DNA from: Octopus vulgaris
Taxonomy: Eukaryota
Direction of reading: 5' to 3'
Assembly (NCBI GenBank): GCA_951406725.2
Contig: OX597815.1
Location: forward strand, 190,650,001 to 190,714,000
Length of the DNA stretch: 64,000 bases
Part shown: in pieces, positions 12,247 to 26,332 of the stretch
Layout: every line of letters begins with the position of its first letter
Position numbering within the stretch: position 1 is the stretch's first letter
Program-made: the position numbers and the translations under genes
The notes under the pieces: generated by a model
Database searches by the model: none
What the model was told of the DNA's origin: nothing
What the model saw: only the letters and a program-made list of their open reading frames with translations

Positions 12247-12329
12247 TTAATGGTTTAATATATTGTCTACATGATTGGGTAGTTTTTTTTTTGGAAAATC
12301 TTTATTTCAATAATTCAAAATAATTCATA

Positions 12330-12729
12330 GGCGGAGTAGGTGGTGAGTGGTAATTAGCTTGCTTACCAACTACATGGTTCCAGGTTCAGTCCCACTGTGT
12401 GGTACCTTGGGCAAGTGTCTTATATTATAGCCTTGGGCCTACCAAAGCTTTGTGAGTGGATTTGGTAGGCGGAAACGGAAAGAAGCCCATCGTATATGTA
12501 TGTTTGTGTATACATTTGTGTGTCTGTGTTTGTCCCCCCCAACATTGCTTGACAACCAATGAGGGTGTGTTACGACCCCGTAACTTAGCGGTTTGGCAAA
12601 AGAAACCAATAGAATGAGTACTAGGCTTACAAAGAATAAGTCCTGGGGGAGAGTTGCTCGACTAAAGGCGGTGCTCCAGTATGGTCACAATCAACTGACT
12701 GAAACAAGTGAAAAGAGTAAAAAGAGAGA
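12330..12729 (+). mobile_element. SINE family A, full length
   Basis: Matches family A throughout. Confidence 0.85.
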
Positions 12730-12744
12730 GTGTGCAATAAAGGA

Positions 12745-12945
12745 TCATGTTTTATAAGTTGCAAGAGCAATGACTGTGATGACATGGCCATGTGATGCAC
12801 AAAAGATTGGTAGTTAAGGGGGAGGGAGATCAAATGGTACAAGGAGAAACATCCTGTGGAAGACGAGAACCAACAAAGAAATGAGTAGAAGTTGTGAAGA
12901 CTGGTTTCAAGATGCTGAGCCTCACAAAAGAAGATGCAACAATTA
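12745..12945 (+). mobile_element. Decayed RTE LINE ORF C-terminus
   Basis: Pieces read HGHVM..TSCGRR..VEVVKTGFKMLSLTKE, resembling the RTE RLRWFGHV..RGRPRKTW region. Confidence 0.5.
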
Positions 12946-13023
12946 AAAAAAAATTCTGTTTTGAAACAGACCCTCCATACTCATAACAGAATGGAAAAAA
13001 AAAACCTATAAAAATAGTGTTCT

Positions 13024-13335
<312 letters not shown>

Positions 13336-13513
13336 GGATGACAGTAAGAAGTTTGCTTCTCAACTACAGTGTTCCAGGTTCAGTCCCACTGTGTGGCATT
13401 TTAGGCAAGTGTCTGTCTGTCTTCTAATATAATTCTGAACCGACCAAAGTTTGGTAGACAGAAAGCTGAAAGAAGCCCATCAAATGCATGTATGTGCATG
13501 CATGTGTGTGTTA

Positions 13514-13546
<33 letters not shown>

Positions 13547-14546
13547 TGTGTGTGTGTGTGCGTGTGTGTGTGCGTGTGTGCCTTTGTGTCTGTGTTAAGA
13601 TAAAAGATAAAATTTTCTCCATATAACTTGCAATAAATTTTCCAAGATGATTATTATCTTAACCAATATACTGTTATAATAATTTTTAAAAATGGGAAAA
13701 AGCGGATTTAGGTTTTGTGGACAAATAAACAGACAGCATTCTAAAAATGCTGTATGTAACACCATTTGGATGACAAATATTGTACTCCTTCTTTAGAGTA
13801 GTTAAAATAAGCAATAAATCAAAATAACAACAACAACAACAACAACAACAAGACAATAAAATGCACCAATCTCAGTTGTGGAAAAAATATCATTTTTGCA
13901 AACACTTTGTATTTAAATGAATTTAAACTTTAAATTTAAAACAGAAAATGATTAAAAGAGGAAAATTTTCTGATATGATGTGACTGCATTTGTGAATGTG
14001 AAAAATGGTATGAAATTCGTTTTTCGAAAGAAAGAAAGAAAAAAAAAAACAAAAACAAAAAGAAAGAAACTGCTGCTTTACCAACTTCTATTTGATTTTC
14101 TCATTTATCATAGCAGAAAATCATCCCTTCTAATTTGGAACAGCAAATAAAACTGCTTCATCCTATGAATACTGCAAATAAAAATAAAATTAAAAATGGC
14201 TAGTTGACAGTTCTAATAGGCAGAAATAATGGAGCCATAAAAGAATTCTTTATGAATAAAGAGAAAAGTTTTTTGAAAAAAAAAAATAAAAGGAAAAATT
14301 CTATGAGTTAATGGTAATAATCTCCGGTGAATATTTAATTCTTATTCCCACTTTATGAAATATGTAATCATATAAGTCTATTGAAAATATGATATTCAAA
14401 AGGAATCTCTTAACAAGTAAATTAAGTGTGCACACATTAAAAATATAGATGATTTGTGTATCTTTATAATGTATGTATGAGTTTGTTCTTAAATGTTAGT
14501 TACATTTTAAAAAGGATGATAAAAGGCTGAAGATATGCTGGATGAT

Positions 14547-14548
<2 letters not shown>

Positions 14549-14592
<44 letters not shown>

Positions 14593-14930
14593 ATGAAAAT
14601 GTGCACTAATATGCAAAGTTTGATTTCATCACATTTAAACATATTTGAATATGCATCAAAGGTGCAAGCAAATGTGTAGCTGTGAATGTGTGTAACGTGA
14701 GTGTGTGTGTGTATGTGTGTGTGTGCGTGCGTGTGTGTGTGTGTGTGTGCTTGTGTGTGTGTGTGTGTGTGCTTGCATGTGTGTGTGTATGTGTGTGTGC
14801 GCATGTGTGTGTTTGCTTGCGTGTATGTGCATGTGGGCATGTGTGTGTGTGTGTGCATGTGTGTGTGCTTGTGTGTGTGCATGCGTGTGTGTGTGTTTGC
14901 TTGTGTGTGTGTGTGCGTGTACGCGTGTAC
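14549..14930. repeat. (TG)n microsatellites
   Basis: Direct reading, two tracts. Confidence 0.95.
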
Positions 14931-16409
14931 ATGACTAAGGATCTGTGCAGAAGAAAGTCTGTGGAAATAAATGTATTTTCTGTTACAATGTAACTCTGCA
15001 GAGAAAACTAAAACAGCAACAAAAAGCAGACAAAACAACACAAAAAGCAAGTTGTAATGGCCTCAGATATCAATATCAGGATATGTGAGAATGTACAAGA
15101 AGAGAATAATGCATTTAAATATGCTTCCATTGTTACTGCCTTCAAACTTTGCTTCAGTTACCATCTTAATGTAAGAGAATAACAAAATTTCTCATTATGC
15201 ATTTATTGCATAATTTGTTCCATACATATTCATAGGGATGAGAAAAAGAAAAGAAAAAAAAAGAAAAGAAAAAAAAAGAAAAGAAAAAGACGAAAGCAAA
15301 GAAGAAAAAAAAAGTAAAATTACATTAGATGTTATACATTGTTTCATTGAAAACCATTTGAATTTATTTTAACTCATTGAATAAAATTTACAATAAATCT
15401 AAATAAATTTTCTTCAGAAAATATCCAAAACAGTCTGCATAAAATCGCATGCAATTTGGTATAACCTTCAATTGCTCAAAACTAGAAACCAACAGAACAG
15501 TAGTTTTGGTTTTTGTTTGTTTGTTTGTCTGTTCGTTTTGCTGTTTTTTTTTTTTTTTTGATATCGTTTTCTTATGGAATGGAATGGAATAGGAAAGTTA
15601 CAAGAATCGAGTAAAGTGATCTAATGAAATGACAGTGGCTAGGTGGGGGCGGGGGGAAGAAGAGCAATAAAAAAAAAAATTTTGAAAGAAGAAAAGTATT
15701 TATTATAAGGCAAAGTTAATTAAAAAAAATCTTCAAAAAAGTTTAATGACTGCTTCATTATTATTCAAGAGTCTCAAGAGAAAAATTCACAATTTCATAT
15801 TGCTAAACTCTACATCTATTAACTCCCACCTCTACCATTCTCCTTTGTTCTTACATTTCCGCTTAATATGCAATTTATCTCCTTGTTTCCGCTTGTTCAT
15901 TTTTCATTTGTTTTATCTACGTGGCAGACATCTACGTGTATAATAAACTGTAGAAAGGCACCAATGAATGACTAAACTTTGATCCTTTAAATAGAATTAG
16001 CTTCATATTAATTTTCCAGCTGAATCAATTTTGTACTTGATTTTTCTACATTTCTTCACTAAATGTAAAGCTTTTGAAAAGGTACGACATTAGTCGCTAT
16101 AGTTCAATGTTAATCTTTAAATTTTTACTTCAAGTCATTCTGAATGAGAGAAAGATGTAAAGCAGCTGTTTTAGAAATTAGTTTTCCAAGATAATCATCA
16201 GAAAAACTTCAATAGCTACATTAAACCATGAAAGGTTTGAAAACAATATTAAATACTTGATATAATATGTATTTCTGAAGTTGTACATGTTTTACAAGTG
16301 ACTTCATCTAAGATCATGTAAGGAAACTAAAGCAATGACATTATGATAATAATCAAAACACACATATTCTGTAATATACACGTTTGCATTATAGTCTGAT
16401 ATGGAAGAG

Positions 16410-17088
16410 CTTTCTCGTGGAATTAACAAGCAAGTGGCTGAGCACTCCACAGACATGTGTACGCTTAAGGTAGTTCTCAGGGAGATTTAGCGTGACACAG
16501 AATGTGACAAGATGGGAGAAACATTAGCATGCCAGGCGAAATGCTTAGCGGTATTTTGTCTGCCGTTACGTTCTGAGTTCAAATTCCGCCGAGGTCGACT
16601 TTGCCTTTCATCCTTTCAGGGTCGTTTAGATAAGTACCAGTTACGCACTGGGATCGATATAATCGACTTAATCCGTTTGTCTGTCCTTGTTTGTCCCCTC
16701 TGTGTTTAGCCCCTTGTGGATAGTAAAGAAATAGGTATTTTGTCTGCCGATACGTTCTGAGTTCAAATTCCACCGAGATTGACTTTGCCTTTCATCTTTT
16801 TGGGGGTCGATAAATTAAGTACCAGTTACGCACTGGAGTCGATGTAATCAACTTAATCCTTTTGTCTGTCCTTGTTTGTCCCCTCTATGTTTAGCCCCTT
16901 GTGGGCAATAAAGAAATAAGAATGTGACAAGGTTGGCCCTTTGAAATATAGGTACTAGTCATTTTTGCCAGCTTAGTGGACTGGAGCAACAGAAAATAAT
17001 GTGCCTTGCTCAAGGAAACAACGTGCCACCAGGAATTGAACTCATGATCTTTCGGTTGTAAGCCTATTACCCTAACCATTAAGCCATG
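16410..17088 (-). mobile_element. tRNA-derived SINE, family D, interrupted by a family B dimer
   Basis: Matches 41110-41425; insertion flanked by TSD AGAATGTGACAAG (16499-16511, 16919-16931). Confidence 0.8.
16517..16920 (+). mobile_element. SINE family B dimer
   Basis: Second unit lacks the head and joins at AAAGAAATAG|GTATTT. Confidence 0.85.
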
Positions 17089-17269
17089 ATACTCTGTTCC
17101 AGCGCATCTCAGTGATGTTTATACTACTTACAGTTCTCAGTTTTACAGGTTAATTTATTCCTAAGTATTGCTCATTAATTGAGAACTCATAAAACAGGAT
17201 GTATTTTCTTATGGCAGACTGTGAAGACCCGACAAATGAAGTGAGTCCATGGCTCACAAGATGGCCTGC

Positions 17270-17688
17270 TGTGCTAACCTTGGATTGTAGATTGACCCGC
17301 TGTTCTCAAGGAGACCTTTTGAGTCAAGTACATCAACATCAATATCAAAATAGAAATCAAATGGAAATTGTAATTATGACACCCGTGCTGGTGGCATATA
17401 AAAAGCACCATCCGAACGTTAGCTGATGCCAGCACTGCCTGACTGGTGTCCATGTCGGTAACACATAAAAAGCACCAACCGATCGTGGCCATTTGCCAGC
17501 CTCCTCTGGCCCCTGTGCCAGTGGCACGTAAAAAGCACTCACCACACTCATGGAGTGGTTGGCGTTAGGAAGGGCATCCAGCTGTAGAAATACTGCCATA
17601 TCAGACTGAAGCCTGGTGCAGCTTCCTGGTTTGCCAGCCCCCAGTTGAACTGTCCAACCCATGCTAGCATGGAAAACGGATGTTAAAC

Positions 17689-17722
<34 letters not shown>
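17270..17722 (+). mobile_element. Family C repeat (RTE-type 3' end with (GAT)n tail)
   Basis: GGAGTGGTTGGCGTTAGGAAGGGCATCCAGCTGTAGAAA..GTTAAACGATGATG; more than 15 copies in the window. Confidence 0.8.
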
Positions 17723-17724
<2 letters not shown>

Positions 17725-18129
17725 ATTAATGTTCACTCAATGACACACTGAACTAAAACTAGTACAATTGTCCAGAGCAAAAGAGGTTGGAGATTGCTAG
17801 TGTAGCCAAACTTTGGCTCAGCTGACAAACATATTCATCACTTCAAACTCTGATTTTGAGCAGCTTGTATTGAATAACATGCAAATGCTTTTTAAAAATT
17901 ATTAAAAAAATAGTTTGCTTTTTATTTTTATTTCTGTCACAGAAAATTCTCTTTTAAGTCATAAACTCATTAATCAGAGACATGGAAAGCAAGAACTACC
18001 TGTTTACAATATCACAGAATACAGCAAAAGTGATAATAACAGTATAAGCATGTTTTAAATGGCTATTATAACTGTTTCATCAGATAATATATTCTGATAA
18101 GCAAAATCTTTAGAGTTAAGAGAAACTAT

Positions 18130-20085
18130 CTGAAGAATATGGTTGTAACAATGAAGCTTCAACAGTTTCGCAACAGCATAAGATCAGGTTGGAAAGAAGA
18201 TGCTATTTCTATGAACAGAAATAGTGGTTCTCCATAAATAAATATAATTCCTTCTTTCTTTTGATCCTAAATTTATGAAATGCTTTTGTTGTTAGGCATA
18301 AATAGCTTCTGTTGCTTTCTGTTTGTTTTTTATCAAAAGAACTTGAATGAATTAAAATGTCTTCTGTAAAATAAAACCATGTTTGTCTTTGGAGAATGAA
18401 TTCACTTTCTATGAAGGGAAGCTGAATGCATCTTCACAAATTTGGATATTTTGCAAAGAAATCCTTTCAAAATATGAAAGTTTAAGGATGTATTTAACCC
18501 ATAACTTGAAATGATAAGCTAAGTGTCTTACCTTACACAGAGGAAAATGATATTTTAAAATCATTCTCCAAAGAATTTTAAACAGATTTAAATCATTTCT
18601 TCCTGCATATATAATTTATTTCATGTGAACAGGTTTGACATAAATTAAATTTATAAAATATTCTCAAAAATATTATTTTTTTAAATGTATAAAAAAAAAC
18701 AAAGAGAAAGGTTGGATATTAATGAAATACTTATATTTTTCCAAGACATTAATGATGTACTGATAAAAACATAATTGATTCAATTGTTTTCGTATATTTT
18801 TTTTACCAATCAAAAATGAAAAGATTACTTCTAATTTATGTTGATAATAAAGGAAATTATTAATTTTTTCTCTCTGGAAAATAATTACATTTCTGCATGC
18901 TTTCATGATATGAATTAACTTAATTTGTCTTTGCATCTTTCAGTTACTTATATCATATTCAGAATTTATATTCAATATTTTTACTTATTGGTGCATTAAA
19001 TGAAGGAAGCTTCTTTGAAAAGCAACAATAGCAGACATTTCATGGTAATCAAATACTTTAATGCTTCCTTTGTGTTATATCATGTAATTTTATTCATCTT
19101 TATCAAAACTGTACTCAATGTGCTTTGATATTTTATACTAAAACCTAGCTAATCTAGTTGTTATATTTTTATTTGTTTAGTTTCAGATGCCTTGACAGAT
19201 AGAAAAATATATTTAACTAAATCTCTTCATAGGAATTATATTCTTGATGATCTAAGTATCGATTTTGTTTTTCTTTCAATTTATTTGTTTTATTTCTATA
19301 TTTATTTTTTGGCACGGAACCAATGTTGCTTGTCAGAAGCAATTAAATCCTCCATTATGTATGTATTTCCTCAGAGGTTTCATTTTGAATCGAAGTGTTT
19401 TATGATTAATAATAACCTTTCTCCTATATATCTCATTGATGATTAATAATCATTAATAATGACCTTTCTCCTATACAACTCATTGAAACTGTATGCTTTT
19501 ATTTCTGGTAGAATCCTTCCAAGTATTTTTACTGATTATCACTTATTCTAACATTGTACAAAAACTGTAAGCCAACAAGGGAGCCTCGGCCAGCTAGAAA
19601 TAAAATACATTATGTACACAAGAAGAGATTTTTATTTCTGTATAAAATTCTATGCAAAATGGTTGTAAAATATTATTTTCCACAGCTGAATAGATAAAGA
19701 GCTAAGTTTATCATTTTAGGTTATAGGTTAAATAAATTCTTAAACTTACATATATTCGAAGGTTTGCTTTGTAGATTCCAAACTTGTAAAGATGCATTGA
19801 CCAGCTCTTCATAGAAAGTTTATTCTTTCTCCAATGATAAACACAATTTTATTTTACAAAAGACATTTTAATTCATCAAAGTTATGAGAAAAATATAATA
19901 AATGTGACAGAAACTATTTATGTCAAACAGTAAAAGTATTTTGTAAATCTAGGACCAAAAGGCAGAATTCTTTTTAAAGAGAACCACTTTGTCTATTCAT
20001 AGAAATAGCATCTTCTTTCCAGCTTTATCTTACTCTGTTACTAAATTATAGAAGTTTCATCGTAAAAACTGCATTGCCCTAATAT
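18130..20085. repeat. Diverged ~500-bp inverted repeat (arms ~18130-18622 and ~19597-20085)
   Basis: Collinear matches, e.g. TGGAAAGAAGATGCTATTTCTATGAA with its reverse complement, and ATGAATTAAAATGTCTT(C/T)TGTAAAATAAAA. Confidence 0.85.
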
Positions 20086-20652
20086 TTTCCCTTACACTTA
20101 TCCTCAAACATTTGAGACAAGTAAAATTATAGAGGATTGTCATTGCTGGAATGGCTTCAATCCTAGTTTGTTTAATCAGAGCCAGCCTAGGGCTAACATC
20201 AAAAATCAATGGAAATCGTAGTTGTGATCCCTGTGCCAGTGGCACGAAAAAAGCACCAGGAGTGGTTGGCATTAGGAAGAGCATCAAGCTGTAGAAACAC
20301 TGCCAGATCAGATTGGAGCCTGGTGCAGCCTTCTGGATTCCCAGACCCTGGTTGAACCGTCCAACCCATGCTAGTATGGAAAATGGACATTAAACGATGA
20401 TGATGATGATGATGATTCAATGGACTACATCCTTATTTCACATAAATGTGTAACATGCACAGAAAGTTTTTTAAAAAGTTAACATTAAATCATGTTCAAT
20501 CAACCGACCCCTCTTTATTTGAAACATTAACCCTTTAGCATTCAGATTACTCCATCAATTGTTAGGTTTATTCATTCACAATCAGAAATATTAAATTTCT
20601 AAATATCTCATAGAGATATGTACGGTGGTGGGGCGATAGAGTGGTTGTATTC

Positions 20653-20998
20653 TGTCAACCTAACGTGACAGTAGGGATTACACCACCGCTGTTTGGCCCT
20701 AGGAAGCATCGACGCTTCTTGATGGCTTCGACACATTTTTACCTGTGTCCTTATATAATTACAAAGTCGGGACAGATATCTGTGGCTGGCGGGCTTCTGC
20801 TACTCTACACCGATGATGGACAAAGATCCTGAAACATGCGTCTCTCTAGATGCAGGCCTGGCTGCTGGGGGTGTTTGTCTTCCCTTCGTAAATATATAAG
20901 GACACAGGAAAAAGTGTGTCGAAGCCATCAGGAAGCGTCGATGCTTCCTAGGGCTAAACAGCGGTGATGTAATCCCCTACTGTCACGTTAGATTGACA
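20653..20998. mobile_element. PLE-like inverted repeat (~125-bp arms) with hammerhead-like spacer
   Basis: Arms 20653-~20780 and ~20870-20998; spacer has CCGATGA-T-GGA caaaga TCC-T-GAAACATG; whole insertion flanked by TCATTCACA (20572-20580, 21025-21033). Confidence 0.7.
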
Positions 20999-21091
20999 AT
21001 CAATAGTATACAGTTAGTATACAATCATTCACATTGTTTTCAGTTAATCTTGCATTATCTTGTAGATTTGAGATTTGAATGATATGATTGC

Positions 21092-21430
21092 TTATAGAGG
21101 GGACCTGTGGAAGAGGTAAACTCAGGAAGACATGGGACAAAGTGGTGAAGTATGATCTTTGACTGTTGGATCTCATAGATGACAAGTAATCGAAACCTTT
21201 TGTGCTTGAAAACTCATCAAACCAAATTAAATCGTAATCGTGGCTGGTGCTAATGACATGTAAAAGGCACCCACTACACTCTTGGAGTGGTTGGTGTTAA
21301 GAAGGGCATCCAGCCATAGAAACCATTCCAAATCAGATTGGAACCTGGTACAGCTTTCTAGTTTACTAGTTCTAGTATAAACCATGCTATCATCGAAAGC
21401 AGACACTGAATGAAAGAAGAAGAATGAAAG
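21092..21430 (+). mobile_element. RTE LINE 3' fragment running into the family C tail
   Basis: IEGTCGRGKLRKTWDKVVKYDL followed by GCACCCACTACACTC..GGGCATCCAGC. Confidence 0.75.
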
Positions 21431-22189
21431 GATAAAATTGAAAGATTAAATGTTAGAGGCTGGATATGGCCAATTTGAACCTAAAACATGTAGAGTATTT
21501 GGGCCCCACATGGCCAGTTTTAAATGCTAAAGGGTTAAGCTCCCATCATTAGTACTGTTTTCTTCATAATGTTGCATTAGTTAAGAATTGTAGCAGATCT
21601 AAAAAAGCTTGTCTCCAGTCTCATTTGTGTGGGAAACATGTTGCTGTATAAATAATACATCATTATTAAAAACTGCATAACCACAGGAGCCAACAAGAGA
21701 ACATCTATGTGGTTGCTTGACCAGTTAGAAATGGCAGCAAAATCGTCCCCATAATCATACACCATCGTCTTTTAAGAAAGATAATTAAACATTGGAGAAT
21801 GTGATCCGAGATCATCATCATCATCATTGTTTAACGTCCGTTTTCCATGCTAGCATGGGTTGGATGGTTCGACCGGGGTCTCGGAAGCCAGAAGGCTGCA
21901 CCAGGCTCCAGTCTGATTTGGCAGGGTTTCTACAGCTGGATGCCCTTCCTAACGCCAACCACCTTGCGAGTGTAGTGGGTGCTTTTTACATGCCACCGGC
22001 ACAGGTGCCAGGCGAGGCTGGCAACAGCCATGATCGGTTGGTGCTTTTTACGTGCCACTGGCATGGAAGCCAGTCAAGGGGTGGCACTGGCATCAGCCAC
22101 ATTCAGATGGTGCTTTTTATGTGCCACCTGAAAAAAAGACAGGATGGTCATGGTGAAATTAGTTTCATATAAAATGCTTCTCAAACATT

Positions 22190-22646
22190 TACACACACAC
22201 ACACAGACACACACATACACACATGCACATATGCACATGTACACACACACATACACATGTGCACAAACACACATACACACACATACACACACATACACAT
22301 ACATACACATACACATGTGCACAAACACACATACACACACATACACATACACATGAATATATATACACCCCCACACACACATACATACACATACACACAT
22401 GCACAAACACACATACACACACATACACATACATACACATACATACACACACGCACAAACACACATACACACACACATGAATATATATATACACCCCCAC
22501 ACACACACACATGCACACGTGCACTTGCACACTTGCACAAACACACACGTGCACACACACATGATATATATACATACACAGATGCACGCGCACACACACA
22601 TGCACAAACACACATGAATATATATATACACACACACACACACACA
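22190..22646. repeat. Degenerate (CA)n/(CATA)n microsatellite
   Basis: Direct reading. Confidence 0.95.
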
Positions 22647-22985
22647 GGTACAGATGTCACTGTGTGGTTAGACGTTTGCTTCCCAATCACATGGTTCTAG
22701 GTTCAGTCCCACTGCAGGGTACCTTTAGTAAGTGCCTGGGGGTTGGGGCACAACCAAAGCCTTGTGAGTGAATTTTGGTAGACGGAAACTGCAAGAAGCT
22801 TCTGTATATGTGAGTGGGGGTATATGTGTTATTATTTTTGCATTTATTTATTTATTGGTGTTAGGAAGGGCATCCAGCTGTAGAAACTCTGCTAGATCAA
22901 GACTGGAGCCTGGTGCAGCCATCTGGTTTGCCAGACCTCAGTCAAACTGTCCAACCCATGCTAGCATGGAAAGCGGACGTTAAAC

Positions 22986-23017
<32 letters not shown>

Positions 23018-24780
23018 AATCCCACCACCATCCACTTGACAACAGCTCAACAACTCCAAAAGCTCTCCACTCACCACTATCCGCTATGATCAAATTATTG
23101 GAAGAATGAAGCATTGTATCCATTAAAAAAAATAAAATAATAATTACAAAAAAATGTCGTAGCTGGAAAAACCATACATATAAGCCATATTCTTGGGATT
23201 AAACGGCCTACTGAATAATAATATATGCAAGCACTAATGGTTTGTGACATTTATAAAGATATTGAATTCTTGCAAAAAGAATACAGGAATATTTTCATTG
23301 AACTAATATTATTTGCATTCAAAGAGGTAAACAGGGCTTTCATGCTTATGAGATTCCATTTATTACAATATGCTATTCTAATATTAATACACCTCATTAA
23401 TCATAATGCATCCATTAATTATTATATTTTATTAATTATGATATCCTGGTATATCATAGAAAATCATTATCTCATTCACTCCAAAGGCATAATTACCTCT
23501 TCATTGTTGACTAAGATGTCACTGAGGAATTCTACCGTAATTCCAGTTAGACAATTCCCTTAAATGATAACAATAAGTGTTTTAATTAAAATGTTTTGTA
23601 AGCTATTAATGGTTTTCACTTTGTACTGGGAAGGCAAAAATTAAAAAGAATTACATCAATAGAAAATATTGCACAAGCGTTTTGGATATATATTCACTTG
23701 TGAATATTATGCATAGTACTTACTTGGCATCTGTGTCAATTTAATAACTAGCAAGATGTATTTTAAGCTATGGTTTCATAAAAAGATGAAAGGATCTTTG
23801 ATACAATTCCTTAAACATTCAATACACTCCAATTCACAAGATTTAAATAAAATACATGAATAGATTATTTTCTAAATAGATAAGCATGGGCTTTAGATGT
23901 CAGATTTTTGTATTGATTTTTTTTTCTTCTTTGAGATAGAAATTATTATTAATAGGTTCACTTACCTAAGAACACAACATTTCAACCTTAGATTAAAAGT
24001 TAGAGCAACTCAAACAAGACAATCTCAAACTGCTAATATTCCATGCTTTATAAATGAACTTGCAGTCGATGTACATGAAAATGAAGTGTTTAGTGGTGGA
24101 CTCAACAACCCATTAAGAATTATAGGATATTTTCATTTAATCTCCTGTATTGAAATTAAAGAGTGAGGGGGAAAAAAGCGGATAGTCAGAGAAAAATCCA
24201 TTAGACAATAGCACGACTAAATCAGGCTACAATGGATATTTCATAGCATTTATCTGTTTCTTTTTAATAAATCAAATACATACAACCTAAAGTAGCAACA
24301 TCTACGGTTTCTTTAGCAAGGGAAATTAGTTTGTAACCTAAAATCCACAAATGCTCATTTAATCAATAATGAAATTTATCCAATCTGGAATGAAAAAAAT
24401 TATTAATGTCACCAACTGCGGTGAAACTTCCCTGCTTTCTTAGCTTCAAAACCAACACTTCTCTTGCTATTGTCATTATTTGCATTCTAAAATTATCATT
24501 ACTGAGAACCAAACAATTACTAAACTATAGACCAACGAGAGACCCTCGGCATGGTCACTCAACCCGCTAGAAACAGGAAATAAATTTCCCTCAAATCACA
24601 CTTTGGTGTCTTAAAGAAAGACAATTACTAAGATTACATTGGATAATGTGCTAAACAGGTTTATGCTCGCAGAAAAGCAAACTGATGAGATGGTCATGGT
24701 TGGACTGCTTTCGTTATAGGGTTACATAATCAGGGATAAACTGAGACTATCAAACCATTTTCTTCATCTTCATTTTCAAA

Positions 24781-25260
24781 CTATCAGGCATTTGCCATAT
24801 TCTGAACGCCTTACTTCCCTGGGCATGGATACATTGAAACTCCGACATCTGGCAGCTGACTTGACGGATACCCATAAAATTATTAACCATCTTACACACA
24901 ATAACTCTGAGCACCTTTTCAAACTCCACCTGTCTAACACCCGTGGACATGTTTACAAAGTCAGAAAACAGCACAGCTCCCATGACTTTCAGAAACATTT
25001 TTTCAGGCTAAGAGTTGCTGAAGCATGGAACAAACTGCTGGCATCAGTTGTTAGTTGTCGGGGCACTACATCCTTCAAAACTTCCATGCTTCCTGAGATT
25101 TGCCAACTCTACACCTGATTTTCGCCCTTCCATACACATGCAAGCATGTATCTAACTCATACACTGTTCACTTTCCAGACATTTGTACATTACTGCATAT
25201 GCTTTATATGTACTTTTGACAAGTTGTGGTGCACCTGAGCACTGTATACAATAATTTCAT
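24781..25260 (+). mobile_element. CR1-type LINE 3' fragment (RT-ORF C-terminus plus 3' UTR)
   Basis: PYSERL..LGMDTLKLR..NTRGHVYKVRK..HFFRLRVAEAWNKL..VV..SFK. Confidence 0.9.
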
Positions 25261-25988
25261 AAAAAGCACCAACCAATTGTGGCTGTTGCCAGCCTCCCCT
25301 GGCACTTGTGCTGGTGGCACATACAAAGCACCATCTGTACGTGGCCGATGCCAGCGCCACCTTGACTGGCTTCATTGCCAGTGGCACGTAAAAAGCACCC
25401 ACTACACTTACAGAGTGGTTGGCATTAGGAAGGGCATCTAGCTGTAGAAACACTGCCAGATCAGACTGGAGCCTGGTGCAGCCTCCTGGCTTCCCATTCC
25501 CCGGTCGGACCATCCAACCCATGCTAGCATGGAAAACGGATGTTAAACGATGATGATGAGGAGGAGGAGGATTTAACGGAACATCAACAACTTGCAAGAG
25601 TCTCAACTCCTTCTTCAGCTCTCTTAGACAGTGATGGTCAGTATTTTGGCTGAAGTCTACAGTGGATCAAATTTTCTTACCACTGAAAAAATACTTCTCC
25701 ATCACAAACTACAAAAACTACAAAAAATTCCTAACAATGTATTCAATATTATTATAGGTTCTGCATGGATACCCTCTCAAAGGATCACACAAGGTTATTG
25801 TCTAGGGGCCCCAAGTGTCAAGGAGCTAAAGTTGACTTTGCCTTTCGTCCCTTTCAGGGTCGATAAAGTAAGTACCAGTTGTGCACTGGGGTTGATGTGA
25901 TCGACTTATACCTTCCCCTAAAATTGCTGGCCTTGTGCCAAAATTTGATATCCGTATATTAGCATCAAATTACAATTTCTTTCAAGTT

Positions 25989-26057
25989 ATGATGATGATG
26001 ATGATGATGATGACGATGAAGATGACGATGATGATGATGATGATGATGATGATTATA

Positions 26058-26089
<32 letters not shown>

Positions 26090-26153
26090 ATTGATGATGG
26101 TGGTGATGATGATGATGATGATGATTTTGATGATGATTTTGATGATGATGATA

Positions 26154-26185
<32 letters not shown>

Positions 26186-26332
26186 GATGATGGTGGTGAC
26201 GGTGGTGATGTTGATGGTGGTGGTGATGGTGATGATGACAATGACAACGACGACGATGATGATGTTGATAATGGTGATAATAATGACACCGATGCTGACA
26301 ACGATGATGATGATGACAATGATGATGATGAT
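25989..26332. repeat. (GAT)n compound microsatellite
   Basis: Direct reading. Confidence 0.97.

Larger units (their letters stand above)
20531..21534. mobile_element. piggyBac-type MITE with nested insertions
   Basis: TTAA-CCCTTTAGCATT ... AATGCTAAAGGG-TTAA (perfect 12-bp TIR, TTAA TSD). Confidence 0.75.

Noticed and set aside
18130-18622. Idea that shared TAA/TAG/TGA codons reflect an alternative genetic code (NUMT or symbiont DNA)
   Set aside because: All three stop types and frameshifts occur; pseudogene decay is simpler
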